Source: a virus (Duplodnaviria; Heunggongvirae; Uroviricota; Caudoviricetes). From it: a DNA stretch of 64,000 nucleotides. Below the pieces are notes generated by a model that made no database searches, was not told the origin of the DNA, and saw only the letters and a list, made by a program, of their open reading frames with translations. The stretch lies in the IMG/VR virus record IMGVR_UViG_2734482597_000010; one strand, given 5' to 3'. The position numbers and the translations under genes were made by a program. Positions 40,636-55,271 of this stretch are shown piece by piece; positions within the stretch are counted from its first letter, which is position 1, and each line of letters opens with the position of its first letter.

Positions 40636-41100
40636 CTGCTGTGATCGTGAGGCACTGCACTGGGCGGTGACTACCGGCGGCTTCAACAGTGAAACAGTAC
40701 AGGACGTCATGCTGGGAGCGGTGGAACGCCGCTTCGGCAACGATCTTCCGTCGTCTCCAGTGGAGTGGCTGACGGATAATGGTTCATGCTACCGGGCTAA
40801 TGAAACACGCCAGTTCGCCCGGATGTTGGGACTTGAACCGAAGAACACGGCGGTGCGGAGTCCGGAGAGTAACGGAATAGCAGAGAGCTTCGTGAAAACG
40901 ATAAAGCGTGACTACATCAGTATCATGCCCAAACCAGACGGGTTAACGGCAGCAAAGAACCTTGCAGAGGCGTTCGAGCATTATAACGAATGGCATCCGC
41001 ATAGTGCGCTGGGTTATCGCTCGCCACGGGAATATCTGCGGCAGCGGGCTTGTAATGGGTTAAGTGATAACAGATGTCTGGAAATATAGGGGCAAATCCA
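40636..41100 (+). mobile_element. insD: partial IS2 (3' ~465 bp incl. C-terminal part of InsD and right inverted repeat)
   Basis: encodes ...[49 protein letters not shown]... and ends ...GGAAATATAGGGGCAAATCCA as recalled for IS2. Confidence 0.8.
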
Positions 41101-41268
41101 ATCGTCGCCGTATTCCCGTATTAACAGAGACCGTAGCCCGACGGGGAACTCCTTCTGCGCGAGTGTGCGGGAATAATCAAAAACGATGCACACCGGGGTT
41201 ACCGGGTACACATATTTCATCATGCCAGCGAGTCCGGTTCTGGCACGGAAGAAACCGGACGTTATGAT

Positions 41269-41694
41269 TTAGTGCGGAAATATTTGTGTAGTGTTCTGTA
41301 TGTTCTCAGTAAAGAGTAATGAATTATCAAAGGTATAGTAATACCTTTTGTTTTCGTGGATATTTGTAATCCATCTGAAAACCCCTGCTGTAGCAAGATT
41401 TTTCCTGTATTCGTAAAATGATAACTCTCCTGATTTGAATCCTTTTAAGGTGGCTTCTATAAGGCATTTATTTTTTGAAAATCTTACATTTACAACCTTA
41501 CCCTGTCCTTTTATTAAAACCGTATTATCGTTTTCAAGAACAAGATGAATATTCTCTGTGGCTAAATAGTAAATGTAATGTGAGACATTGTGACGTTTTA
41601 GTTCAGAATAAAACCAGTGATAGTTTAAATTATTTCGCACTTTATCGAATATTTGTTTAAAAATGGCAACCTGAGCCATTGTAGTACCTTCCAT
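41269..41694 (-). CDS. YbcV-like protein (DUF1398)
   Basis: 141-aa ORF; resembles DLP12 ybcV-type protein from memory. Confidence 0.5.
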   Translation of the reverse strand: MEGTTMAQVAIFKQIFDKVRNNLNYHWFYSELKRHNVSHYIYYLATENIHLVLENDNTVLIKGQGKVVNVRFSKNKCLIEATLKGFKSGELSFYEYRKNLATAGVFRWITNIHENKRYYYTFDNSLLFTENIQNTTQIFPH

Positions 41695-41736
41695 GTGATA
41701 TGAGGGGGCGTAGTCTGCACGATTATCTAAATTGCT

Positions 41737-41970
41737 TCAATCTGGTCTAACCTGTTTTCTGAGCAATTCAGTAATGTCACTCTTTTCTTTGTTTGCTTCA
41801 GGCGAAACTCTTTTTTCTGAGCACAGTCTCCGGCGGCAGGCTTCAATGACCCAGGCTGAGAAATTCCCGGACCCTTTTTGAACAAGAGCGATGTTAATTT
41901 GTTCAATCATTTGGTTAGGAAAGCGGATGTTGCGGGTTGTTGTTCTGCGGGTTCTGTTCTTCGTTGACAT
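41737..41970 (-). CDS. YlcI-like small protein (DUF3950, RHH-like)
   Basis: 77-aa ORF; ribbon-helix-helix-like segment NIRFPNQMIEQINIALVQ. Confidence 0.45.
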   Translation of the reverse strand: MSTKNRTRRTTTRNIRFPNQMIEQINIALVQKGSGNFSAWVIEACRRRLCSEKRVSPEANKEKSDITELLRKQVRPD

Positions 41971-42049
41971 GAGGTTGCCCTGTATTCAGTGTCGCTGATT
42001 TGTATTGTCTGAAGTTGTTTTTACGTTAAGTTGATGCAGATCAATTAAT

Positions 42050-42358
42050 ACGATACCTGCGTCATAATTGATTATTTGACGTGGTTTGATGGCGTAGATG
42101 CACGTTGTGACATGTAGATGATAATTATTATCATTTTGCGGGTCCTTTCCGGCGATCCGACAGGTTACGGGGCGGAAGGCGCGCGGGTTTTCGCTATTTA
42201 TGACAATTTTCCGGTTTAAGGCGTTTCCGTTCTTCTTCGCCGTAACCTAATGTTTTTATTTAAAACACCCCCTGAAAAGAAAGGAAACGACAGGTGCTGA
42301 AAACGGGCTTTTTGGCCTCTGTCGTTTCCTTTCTCTGTTTTTGTCCGTGGAATGAACA
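42050..42358 (+). promoter_or_regulatory. lambda-type cos region (cosQ / cosN / cosB)
   Basis: flanks match recalled lambda ends (...GATCCGACAGGTTACG | 12-mer | CGCGGGTTTTCGCTATTTATGA...); 12-mer at 42170-42181. Confidence 0.75.
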
Positions 42359-42878
42359 ATGGAAGTCAACAAAAAGCAGCTGGCTGACATTTTCGGTGCG
42401 AGTATCCGTACCATTCAGAACTGGCAGGAACAGGGAATGCCCGTTCTGCGAGGCGGTGGCAAGGGTAATGAGGTGCTTTATGACTCTGCCGCCGTTATAA
42501 GATGGTATGCCGAAAGGGATGCTGAAATTGAGAACGAAAAGCTGCGCCGGGAAGTTGAAGAACTGCGGCAGGCCAGCGAGACAGATCTCCAGCCAGGGAC
42601 TATTGAGTACGAACGCCATCGACTTACGCGTGCGCAGGCCGACGCACAGGAGCTGAAAAATGCCAGAGACTCCGCTGAAGTGGTGGAAACCGCATTCTGT
42701 ACTTTCGTGCTGTCGCGGATCGCAGGTGAAATTGCCAGTATTCTCGACGGGATCCCCCTGTCGGTGCAGCGGCGTTTTCCGGAACTGGAAAACCGACATG
42801 TTGATTTCCTGAAACGGGATATCATCAAAGCCATGAACAAAGCAGCCGCGCTGGATGAACTGATACCGGGGTTGCTGA

Positions 42879-42904
<26 letters not shown>
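42359..42904 (+). CDS. nu1: terminase small subunit Nu1
   Basis: 181-aa ORF; near-identical to recalled lambda Nu1. Confidence 0.95.
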
Positions 42905-46585
<3,681 letters not shown>

Positions 46586-46605
<20 letters not shown>

Positions 46606-47905
46606 TCTCCCGCATATTGCCAGCATGGCTTTTAATGAGCCGCTGATGCTTGAACCCGCCTATGCGCGGGTTTTCTTTTGTGCGCTTGCAGGCCAGCTTG
46701 GGATCAGCTGCCTGACGGATGCAGTATCCGGCGACAGCCTGACTGCCGGAGAGGCACCCGCGGCGCTGGCGTTATCCGGTGATGATGACGGACCACGACA
46801 GGCCCGCAGTTATCAGGTAATGAACGGCATCGCCGTGCTGCCGGTGTCCGGCACGCTGGTCAGCCGGACGCGGGCGCTGCAGCCGTACTCGGGGATGACC
46901 GGTTACAACGGCATTATCGCCCGTCTGCAACAGGCTGCCAGCGACCCGATGGTGGACGGCATTCTGCTCGATATGGACACACCGGGCGGAATGGTGGCGG
47001 GAGCATTTGACTGCGCTGACATCATCGCCCGTGTGCGTGACATAAAGCCGGTATGGGCGCTGGCCAATGACATGAACTGCAGCGCAGGTCAGCTGCTTGC
47101 CAGTGCCGCCTCCCGGCGTCTGGTCACGCAGACCGCCCGGACAGGCTCCATCGGCGTCATGATGGCTCACAGTAATTACGGCGCTGCACTGGAGAAACAG
47201 GGCGTGGAAATCACGCTGATTTACAGCGGCAGCCATAAGGTGGATGGCAACCCCTACAGCCATCTACCGGATGATGTCCGGGAAACATTGCAGTCCCGGA
47301 TGGATGCAACCCGCCGGATGTTTGCACAGAAGGTGTCGGCATATACCGGCCTGTCCGTGCAGGCTGTGCTGGATACCGAGGCTGCAGTGTACAGCGGTCA
47401 GGAGGCCATTGATGCCGGACTGGCTGATGAACTTGTTAACAGTACCGATGCGATCACCGTCATGCGTGATGCACTGGATGCACGTAAATCCCGTCTCTCA
47501 GGAGGGCGAATGACCAAAGAGACTCAATCAACAACTGTTTCAGCCACTGCTTCGCAGGCTGACGTTACTGGCGTGGTGCAAGCGACGGAGGGCGAGAACG
47601 CCAGCGCGGCGCAGCCGGACGTGAACGCGCAGATCACCGCAGCGGTTGCGGCAGAAAACAGTCGCATTATGGGGATCCTCAACTGTGAGGAGGCTCACGG
47701 ACGCGAAGAACAGGCACGCGTGCTGGCCGAAACCCCCGGTATGACCGTGGAAACGGCCCGCCGTATTCTGGCCGCAGCACCACAGAGTGCACAGACGCGC
47801 AGTGACACTGCGCTGGATCGTCTGATGCAGGGGGCACCGGCACCGCTGGCTGCAGGTAACCCGGCATCTGATGCCGTTAACGATTTGCTGAACACACCAG
47901 TGTAA
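46586..47905 (+). CDS. C: head maturation protease C
   Basis: GTG at 46586 (VTAELRNLPHIAS) after GGAGGAGAA; 439 aa, within the 484-aa ORF. Confidence 0.9.
47300..47905 (+). CDS. nu3: scaffolding protein Nu3 (in-frame internal start within C)
   Basis: in-frame ATG at 47300 at the offset expected from lambda; start approximate. Confidence 0.5.
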   Translation: MDATRRMFAQKVSAYTGLSVQAVLDTEAAVYSGQEAIDAGLADELVNSTDAITVMRDALDARKSRLSGGRMTKETQSTTVSATASQADVTGVVQATEGENASAAQPDVNAQITAAVAAENSRIMGILNCEEAHGREEQARVLAETPGMTVETARRILAAAPQSAQTRSDTALDRLMQGAPAPLAAGNPASDAVNDLLNTPV

Positions 47906-47914
47906 GGGATGTTT

Positions 47915-48247
47915 ATGACGAGCAAAGAAACCTTTACCCATTACCAGCCGCTGGGCAATAGTGACCCGGCTCATACCGCAACCGCGCCCGGCGGATTGAG
48001 TGCGAAAGCGCCTGCAATGACCCCGCTGATGCTGGACACCTCCACCCGTAAGCTGGTTGCGTGGGATGGCACCACCGACGGTGCTGCCGTTGGCATTCTT
48101 GCGGTTGCTGCTGACCAGACCAGCACCACACTGACGTTCTACAAGTCCGGCACGTTCCGTTATGAGGATGTGCTCTGGCCGGAGGCTGCCAGCGACGAGA
48201 CGAAAAAACGGACCGTGTTTGCCGGAACGGCAATCAGCATCGTTTAA
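47915..48247 (+). CDS. D: capsid decoration protein D
   Basis: 110 aa from [12 protein letters not shown]. Confidence 0.9.
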   Translation: MTSKETFTHYQPLGNSDPAHTATAPGGLSAKAPAMTPLMLDTSTRKLVAWDGTTDGAAVGILAVAADQTSTTLTFYKSGTFRYEDVLWPEAASDETKKRTVFAGTAISIV

Positions 48248-48302
48248 CTTTACCCTTCATCACTAAAGGCCGCCTGTGTGGCTTTTTTTACGGGATTTTT
48301 TT

Positions 48303-49328
48303 ATGTCGATGTACACAACCGCCCAGCTGCTGGCGGCAAATGAGCAGAAATTTAAGTTTGATCCGCTGTTTCTGCGTCTCTTTTTCCGTGAGAGCTATCC
48401 CTTCACTACGGAGAAAGTCTATCTCTCACAAATTCCGGGACTGGTAAACATGGCGCTGTACGTTTCGCCGATTGTTTCCGGTGAGGTTATCCGTTCCCGT
48501 GGCGGCTCCACCTCTGAATTTACGCCGGGATATGTCAAACCCAAGCATGAGGTGAATCCGCAGATGACCCTGCGTCGCCTGCCGGATGAAGATCCGCAGA
48601 ATCTGGCGGACCCGGCTTACCGCCGCCGTCGCATCATCATGCAGAACATGCGTGACGAAGAGCTGGCCATTGCTCAGGTCGAAGAGATGCAGGCAGTTTC
48701 TGCCGTGCTCAAGGGCAAATACACCATGACCGGTGAAGCCTTCGATCCGGTTGAGGTGGATATGGGCCGCAGTGCGGCGAACAACATCACACAGTCCGGC
48801 GTCACGGAGTGGAGCAAGCGTGACAAGTCCACGTATGACCCGACCGACGATATCGAAGCCTACGCGCTGAACGCCAGCGGTGTGGTGAATATCATCGTGT
48901 TTGACCCGAAAGGCTGGGCGCTGTTCCGTTCCTTCAAAGCCGTCAAGGAGAAGCTGGATACCCGTCGCGGCTCTCATTCCGAGCTGGAGACAGCGGTAAA
49001 AGACCTGGGCAAAGCGGTGTCCTATAAGGGAATGTATGGCGATGTGGCCATCGTCGTGTATTCCGGACAGTACGTGGAAAACGGCGTCAAAAAGAACTTC
49101 CTGCCGGACAACACGATGGTGCTGGGGAACACTCAGGCTCGCGGTCTGCGCACCTATGGCTGCATTCAGGATGCGGACGCACAGCGCGAAGGCATTAACG
49201 CTTCTGCCCGTTACCCGAAAAACTGGGTGACCACCGGCGATCCGGCGCGTGAGTTCACCATGATTCAGTCAGCACCGCTGATGCTGCTGGCTGATCCTGA
49301 TGAGTTCGTGTCCGTTCAACTGGCGTAA
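48303..49328 (+). CDS. E: major capsid protein E
   Basis: 341 aa from MSMYTTAQLLAANEQ. Confidence 0.95.
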   Translation: MSMYTTAQLLAANEQKFKFDPLFLRLFFRESYPFTTEKVYLSQIPGLVNMALYVSPIVSGEVIRSRGGSTSEFTPGYVKPKHEVNPQMTLRRLPDEDPQNLADPAYRRRRIIMQNMRDEELAIAQVEEMQAVSAVLKGKYTMTGEAFDPVEVDMGRSAANNITQSGVTEWSKRDKSTYDPTDDIEAYALNASGVVNIIVFDPKGWALFRSFKAVKEKLDTRRGSHSELETAVKDLGKAVSYKGMYGDVAIVVYSGQYVENGVKKNFLPDNTMVLGNTQARGLRTYGCIQDADAQREGINASARYPKNWVTTGDPAREFTMIQSAPLMLLADPDEFVSVQLA

Positions 49329-49369
49329 TCATGGCCCTTCGGGGCCATTTTCTCTCTGTGGAGGAGTTC

Positions 49370-49768
49370 ATGACGAAAGATGAACTGATTGCCCGTCTTC
49401 AGGAGCTGGGTGAGCAATTGAACCGCGATGTCAGTTTGACGGGAACGAAAGAAGAACTGGCGCTTCGTGTGGCAGAGCTGGAAGAAGAGCTTGATGACAC
49501 GGATGAAACTGCCGGTCAGGACACCCCTCTCAGCCGGGAAAATGTGCTGACCGGGCATGAAAATGAGGTGGTATCAGCGCAGCCGGATACCGTGATTCAG
49601 GATACGGCTGAACTGGTCACGGTCGTGGCACTGGTGACGCTGCATACTGATGCACTTCACGCCACGCGGGATAAACCTGTGGCATTTGTGCTGCCGGGAA
49701 CGGCGTTTCGTGTCTCTGCCGGTGTGGCAGCCGAAATGACAGAGCGCGGCCTGGCCAGAATGCAATAA
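49370..49768 (+). CDS. FI: DNA packaging protein FI
   Basis: 132 aa from MTKDELIARL. Confidence 0.85.
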   Translation: MTKDELIARLQELGEQLNRDVSLTGTKEELALRVAELEEELDDTDETAGQDTPLSRENVLTGHENEVVSAQPDTVIQDTAELVTVVALVTLHTDALHATRDKPVAFVLPGTAFRVSAGVAAEMTERGLARMQ

Positions 49769-49779
49769 CGGGAGGCGCT

Positions 49780-50133
49780 GTGGCTGATTTCGATAACCTG
49801 TTCGATGCTGCCATTGCCCGCGCCGATGAAACGATACGCGGGTACATGGGAACGTCAGCCACCATGACATCCGGTGAGCAGTCAGGTGCGGTGATACGTG
49901 GTGTTTTTGATGACCCTGAAAATATCAGCTATGCCGGACAGGGCGTGCGCGTTGAAGGCTCCAGCCCGTCCCTGTTTGTCCGGACTGATGAGGTGCGGCA
50001 GCTGCGGCGTGGAGACACGCTGACCATCGGTGAGGAAAATTTCTGGGTAGATCGGGTTTCGCCGGATGATGGCGGAAGTTGTCATCTCTGGCTTGGACGG
50101 GGCGTACCGCCTGCCGTTAACCGTCGCCGCTGA
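49780..50133 (+). CDS. FII: head-tail joining protein FII
   Basis: 117-aa ORF. Confidence 0.9.
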   Translation: MADFDNLFDAAIARADETIRGYMGTSATMTSGEQSGAVIRGVFDDPENISYAGQGVRVEGSSPSLFVRTDEVRQLRRGDTLTIGEENFWVDRVSPDDGGSCHLWLGRGVPPAVNRRR

Positions 50134-50144
50134 AAGGGGGATGT

Positions 50145-50723
50145 ATGGCCATAAAAGGTCTTGAGCAGGCCGTTGAAAACCTCAGCCGTATCAGCAAAAC
50201 GGCGGTGCCCGGTGCCGCCGCAATGGCCATTAACCGCGTTGCTTCATCCGCGATATCGCAGTCTGCGTCACAGGTTGCCCGTGAGACAAAGGTACGCCGG
50301 AAACTGGTAAAGGAAAGGGCCAGGCTGAAAAGGGCCACGGTCAAAAATCCGCAGGCCAGAATCAAAGTTAACCGGGGGGATTTGCCCGTAATCAAGCTGG
50401 GTAATGCGCGGGTTGTCCTGTCCCGCCGCAGGCGTCATAAAAAGGGGCAGCGTTCATCCCTGAAAGGTGGCGGCAGCGTGCTTGTGGTGGGTAACCGTCG
50501 TATTCCCGGCGCGTTTATTCAGCAACTGAAAAACGGCCGGTGGCATGTTATGCAGCGTGTGGCCGGGAAAAACCGTTACCCCATTGATGTGGTGAAAATC
50601 CCGATGGCGGTGCCGCTGACCACGGCGTTTAAACAGAATATTGAACGGATACGGCGTGAACGTCTTCCGAAAGAGCTGGGCTATGCGCTGCAGCATCAAC
50701 TGAGAATGGTAATAAAGCGATGA
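50145..50723 (+). CDS. Z: tail protein Z
   Basis: 192-aa ORF. Confidence 0.9.
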   Translation: MAIKGLEQAVENLSRISKTAVPGAAAMAINRVASSAISQSASQVARETKVRRKLVKERARLKRATVKNPQARIKVNRGDLPVIKLGNARVVLSRRRRHKKGQRSSLKGGGSVLVVGNRRIPGAFIQQLKNGRWHVMQRVAGKNRYPIDVVKIPMAVPLTTAFKQNIERIRRERLPKELGYALQHQLRMVIKR

Positions 50724-51115
50724 AACATACTGAACTCCGTGCAGCCGTACTGGATGCACTGGAGAAGCATGACACCGGGGCGACGCTTTTTGATGGTCGC
50801 CCCGCTGTTTTTGATGAGGAAGATTTTCCGGCAATTGCCGTTTATCTCACCGGCGCTGAATACACGGGCGAAGAGCTGGACAGCGATACCTGGCAGGCGG
50901 AGCTGCATATTGAAGTTTTCCTGCCTGCTCAGGTGCCGGATTCAGAGCTGGATTCGTGGATGGAGTCCCGGATTTATCCTGTGATGAGCGATATCCCGGC
51001 ACTGTCAGATTTGATCACCAGTATGGTGGCCAGCGGCTATGACTACCGGCGCGACGATGATGCGGGCCTGTGGAGTTCAGCCGATCTGACTTATGTCATT
51101 ATCTATGAAATGTGA
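50720..51115 (+). CDS. U: tail terminator U
   Basis: 131-aa ORF. Confidence 0.9.
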   Translation: MKHTELRAAVLDALEKHDTGATLFDGRPAVFDEEDFPAIAVYLTGAEYTGEELDSDTWQAELHIEVFLPAQVPDSELDSWMESRIYPVMSDIPALSDLITSMVASGYDYRRDDDAGLWSSADLTYVIIYEM

Positions 51116-51122
51116 GGACGCT

Positions 51123-51863
51123 ATGCCTGTACCAAATCCTACAATGCCGGTGAAAGGTGCCGGGACCACCCTGTGGGTTTATAAGGGGAGCGGTGACCCT
51201 TATGCGAACCCGCTTTCAGACGTTGACTGGTCGCGTCTGGCAAAAGTTAAAGACCTGACGCCCGGCGAACTGACCGCTGAGTCCTATGACGACAGCTATC
51301 TCGATGATGAAGATGCAGACTGGACTGCGACCGGGCAGGGGCAGAAATCTGCCGGAGATACCAGCTTCACGCTGGCGTGGATGCCCGGAGAGCAGGGGCA
51401 GCAGGCGCTGCTGGCGTGGTTTAATGAAGGTGATACCCGTGCCTATAAAATCCGCTTCCCGAACGGCACGGTCGATGTGTTCCGTGGCTGGGTCAGCAGT
51501 ATCGGTAAGGCGGTGACGGCGAAGGAGGTGATTACCCGCACGGTGAAGGTCACCAATGTGGGACGTCCGTCGATGGCAGAAGATCGCAGCACGGTGACGG
51601 CGACGACCGGCATGACGGTGACACCCGCCAGTGCTTCCGTAGTGAAAGGGCAGAGCACCACGCTGACCGTGGCATTCCAGCCGGATGGCGCAACCGACAA
51701 GAGCTTCCGTGCGGTGTCTGCGGATAAAACAAAAGCCACCGTGTCGGTCAGTGGTATGACCATCACCGTGAAAGGTGTTGCTGCAGGCAAGGTCAACATT
51801 CCGGTCGTATCTGGTAATGGTGAGTTTGCTGCGGTTGCAGAAATCAACGTCACCGCCAGTTAA
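51123..51863 (+). CDS. V: major tail protein V
   Basis: 246 aa from [14 protein letters not shown]. Confidence 0.9.
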   Translation: MPVPNPTMPVKGAGTTLWVYKGSGDPYANPLSDVDWSRLAKVKDLTPGELTAESYDDSYLDDEDADWTATGQGQKSAGDTSFTLAWMPGEQGQQALLAWFNEGDTRAYKIRFPNGTVDVFRGWVSSIGKAVTAKEVITRTVKVTNVGRPSMAEDRSTVTATTGMTVTPASASVVKGQSTTLTVAFQPDGATDKSFRAVSADKTKATVSVSGMTITVKGVAAGKVNIPVVSGNGEFAAVAEINVTAS

Positions 51864-51878
51864 TCCGGAGAGTCAGCG

Positions 51879-52301
51879 ATGTTCCTGAAAACCGAATCAT
51901 TTGAACATAACGGTGTGACCGTCACGCTTTCTGAACTGTCAGCCCTGCAGCGTATTGAGCATCTCGACCTGATGAAACGGCAGGCAGAACAGGCGGAGTC
52001 AGACAGCAACCGGAAGTTTACTGTGGAAGACGCCATCAGAACCGGCGCTTTTGTGGTTGCGATGTCCCTGTGGCATAACCATCCGAAGAAGACGCAGATG
52101 CCGTCCATGAATGAAGCCGTTAAACAGATTGAGCAGGAAGTGCTTACCACCTGGCCCACAGAGGCAATTTCTCATGCTGAAAACGTGGTGTACCGGCTGT
52201 CCGGTATGTATGAGTTTGTGGTGAATGATGCTCCTGAACAGGCAGAGGACGCCGGGCCTGCAGAGCCTGTTTCTGCGGGAAAGTGTTCGACGGTGAGCTG
52301 A
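51879..52301 (+). CDS. G: tail assembly chaperone G
   Basis: 140-aa ORF; slippery G_GGA_AAG at 52277-52283. Confidence 0.9.
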   Translation: MFLKTESFEHNGVTVTLSELSALQRIEHLDLMKRQAEQAESDSNRKFTVEDAIRTGAFVVAMSLWHNHPKKTQMPSMNEAVKQIEQEVLTTWPTEAISHAENVVYRLSGMYEFVVNDAPEQAEDAGPAEPVSAGKCSTVS

Positions 52302-52717
52302 GTTTTGCCCTGAAACTGGCGCGTGAGATGGGGCGACCCGACTGGCGCGCCATGCTTGCCGGGATGTCATCCACGGAGTATGCCGACTGGCACCGCTTTT
52401 ACAGTACCCATTATTTTCATGATGTTCTGCTGGATATGCACTTTTCCGGGCTGACGTACACCGTGCTCAGCCTGTTTTTCAGCGATCCGGAGATGCATCC
52501 GCTGGATTTCAGTCTGCTGAACCGGCGCGAGGCTGACGAAGAGCCTGAAGATGATGTGCTGATGCAGAAAGCGGCAGGGCTTGCCGGAGGTGTCCGCTTT
52601 GGCCCGGACGGGAATGAAGTTATCCCCGCTTCCCCGGATGTGGCGGACATGACGGAGGATGACGTAATGCTGATGACAGTATCAGAAGGGATCGCAGGAG
52701 GAGTCCGGTATGGCTGA
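52277..52717 (+). CDS. T: tail assembly chaperone T, made as G-T fusion by -1 frameshift
   Basis: -1 frame ORF (144 aa in track) overlapping the 3' end of G at the GGGAAAG heptamer. Confidence 0.8.
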   Translation, partial: GKVFDGELSFALKLAREMGRPDWRAMLAGMSSTEYADWHRFYSTHYFHDVLLDMHFSGLTYTVLSLFFSDPEMHPLDFSLLNRREADEEPEDDVLMQKAAGLAGGVRFGPDGNEVIPASPDVADMTEDDVMLMTVSEGIAGGVRYG

Positions 52718-55271
52718 ACCGGTAGGCGATCTGGTCGTTGATTTGAGTCTGGATGCGGCCAGATTTGACGAGCAGATGGCCAGAGTCAGGCGTCATTTTT
52801 CCGGTACGGAAAGTGATGCGAAAAAAACAGCGGCAGTCGTTGAACAGTCGCTGAGCCGACAGGCGCTGGCTGCACAGAAAGCGGGGATTTCCGTCGGGCA
52901 GTATAAAGCCGCCATGCGTATGCTGCCTGCACAGTTCACCGACGTGGCCACGCAGCTTGCAGGGGGGCAGAATCCCTGGCTGATCCTGCTGCAACAGGGT
53001 GGTCAGGTTAAGGACTCCTTCGGCGGGATGATCCCCATGTTCAGGGGGCTTGCCGGCGCGATCACCCTGCCGATGGTGGGGGCCACCTCGCTGGCGGTGG
53101 CGACCGGTGCGCTGGCGTATGCCTGGTATCAGGGCAACTCAACCCTGTCCGATTTCAACAAAACGCTGGTCCTTTCCGGTAATCAGGCGGGACTGACGGC
53201 AGATCGTATGCTGGTCCTGTCCAGAGCCGGGCAGGCGGCAGGGCTGACGTTTAACCAGACCAGCGAGTCACTCAGCGCACTGGTTAAGGCGGGGGTAAGC
53301 GGTGAGGCTCAGATTGCGTCCATCAGCCAGAGTGTGGCGCGTTTCTCCTATGCATCCGGCGTGGAGGTGGACAAGGTCGCTGAAGCCTTCGGGAAGCTGA
53401 CCACAGACCCGACGTCGGGGCTGACGGCGATGGCACGCCAGTTCCATAACGTGACGGCGGAGCAGATTGCGTATGTTGCTCAGTTGCAGCGTTCCGGCGA
53501 TGAAGCCGGGGCATTGCAGGCGGCGAACGAGGCCGCAACGAAAGGGTTTGATGACCAGACCCGCCGCCTGAAAGAGAACATGGGCACGCTGGAGACCTGG
53601 GCAGACAGGACTGCACGTGCATTCAAATCCATGTGGGATGCGGTGCTGGATATTGGTCGTCCTGATACCGCGCAGGAGATGCTGATTAAGGCAGAGGCTG
53701 CGTTTAAGAAAGCAGACGACATCTGGAATCTGCGCAAGGATGATTATTTCGTTAACGATGAAGCACGGGCGCGTTACTGGGATGATCGTGAAAAAAAACG
53801 CCTGGAGCGGGATGCAGCCCAAAAGAGGGTAGATCAACAGCGTCAACAGGACAAAAATGCGCAGCAGCAGAGCGATACCGAAGCGTCACGGCTGAAATAT
53901 ACCGAAGAGGCGCAGAAGGCTTACGAACGGCTGCAGACGCCGCTGGAGAAATATACCGCCCGTCAGGAAGAACTGAACAAGGCACTGAAAGACGGAAAAA
54001 TCCTGCAGGCAGATTACAACACGCTGATGGCGGCGGCGAAAAAGGATTATGAAGCGACGCTGAAAAAGCCGAAACAGTCCGGCGTGAAGGTGTATGCGGG
54101 CGATCGTCAGGAAGACAGTGCTCATGCGGCCCTGCTGACGCTTCAGGCAGAACTCCGGACGCTGGAGAAGCATGCCGGAGCGAATGAGAAAATCAGCCAG
54201 CAGCGCCGGGATTTGTGGAAGGCAGAAAGTCAGTTCGCGGTACTGGAGGAGGCGGCACAACGTCGCCAGCTGTCCGCACAGGAGAAATCCCTGCTGGCGC
54301 ATAAAGACGAGACGCTGGAGTACAAACGCCAGCTGGCTGCACTTGGTGACAAGGTTACGTATCAGGAGCACCTGAATGCGCTGGCGCAGCAGGCGGATAA
54401 ATTCGCACAGCAGCAACGGGCAAAACGGGCAGCCATTGATGCGAAAAACCGGGGGCTGACTGACCGGCAGGCAGCGCGGGAAGCCACGGAACAGCGCCTG
54501 AAGGAACAGTATGGCGATAATCCTCTGGCGCTGAATAACGTCATGTCAGAGCAGAAAAAGACCTGGGCGGCTGAAGACCAGCTTCGCGGGAGCTGGATGG
54601 CAGGCCTGAAGTCCGGCTGGAGTGAGTGGGAAGAGAGCGCCACGGACAGTATGTCACAGGTTAAAAGTGCAGCCACGCAGACCTTTGATGGTATTGCACA
54701 GAATATGGCGGCGATGCTGACCGGCAGTGAACAGAACTGGCGCAGCTTCACCCGCTCCGTGCTGTCCATGATGACAGAAATTCTGCTTAAGCAGGCAATG
54801 GTGGGGATTGTCGGGAGTATCGGCAGCGCCATTGGCGGGGCTGTTGGTGGCGGCGCATCCGCGTCAGGTGGTACAGCCATTCAGGCCGCTGCGGTGAAAT
54901 TCCATTTTGCAACCGGGGGATTTACGGGAACCGGCGGCAAATATGAGCCAGCGGGGATTGTTCACCGTGGTGAATTTGTCTTCACGAAGGAGGCAACCAG
55001 CCGGATTGGCGTGGGGAATCTCTACCGGCTGATGCGCGGCTATGCGGAAGGTGGTTATGTGGGCGGTGCCGGAAGTCCGGCGCAGATGCGGCGGGCTGAA
55101 GGCATTAATTTTAATCAGAACAATCACGTGGTGATTCAGAACGACGGTACGAATGGTCTGCCAGGTCCACAGATGATGAAGGCCGTGTATGACATGGCCC
55201 GCAAGGGTGCCCGTGATGAAATTCAGACACAGATGCGTGATGGTGGCCTGTTCTCCGGAGGTGGACGATGA
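52710..55271 (+). CDS. H: tail tape measure protein H
   Basis: 853-aa ORF as lambda gpH. Confidence 0.9.
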   Translation: MAEPVGDLVVDLSLDAARFDEQMARVRRHFSGTESDAKKTAAVVEQSLSRQALAAQKAGISVGQYKAAMRMLPAQFTDVATQLAGGQNPWLILLQQGGQVKDSFGGMIPMFRGLAGAITLPMVGATSLAVATGALAYAWYQGNSTLSDFNKTLVLSGNQAGLTADRMLVLSRAGQAAGLTFNQTSESLSALVKAGVSGEAQIASISQSVARFSYASGVEVDKVAEAFGKLTTDPTSGLTAMARQFHNVTAEQIAYVAQLQRSGDEAGALQAANEAATKGFDDQTRRLKENMGTLETWADRTARAFKSMWDAVLDIGRPDTAQEMLIKAEAAFKKADDIWNLRKDDYFVNDEARARYWDDREKKRLERDAAQKRVDQQRQQDKNAQQQSDTEASRLKYTEEAQKAYERLQTPLEKYTARQEELNKALKDGKILQADYNTLMAAAKKDYEATLKKPKQSGVKVYAGDRQEDSAHAALLTLQAELRTLEKHAGANEKISQQRRDLWKAESQFAVLEEAAQRRQLSAQEKSLLAHKDETLEYKRQLAALGDKVTYQEHLNALAQQADKFAQQQRAKRAAIDAKNRGLTDRQAAREATEQRLKEQYGDNPLALNNVMSEQKKTWAAEDQLRGSWMAGLKSGWSEWEESATDSMSQVKSAATQTFDGIAQNMAAMLTGSEQNWRSFTRSVLSMMTEILLKQAMVGIVGSIGSAIGGAVGGGASASGGTAIQAAAVKFHFATGGFTGTGGKYEPAGIVHRGEFVFTKEATSRIGVGNLYRLMRGYAEGGYVGGAGSPAQMRRAEGINFNQNNHVVIQNDGTNGLPGPQMMKAVYDMARKGARDEIQTQMRDGGLFSGGGR

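Noticed and set aside
42294-42500. 68-aa plus-strand ORF beginning upstream of nu1
   Set aside because: It overlaps the cosB region and the start of nu1 in another frame; the nu1 frame is the one matching lambda.
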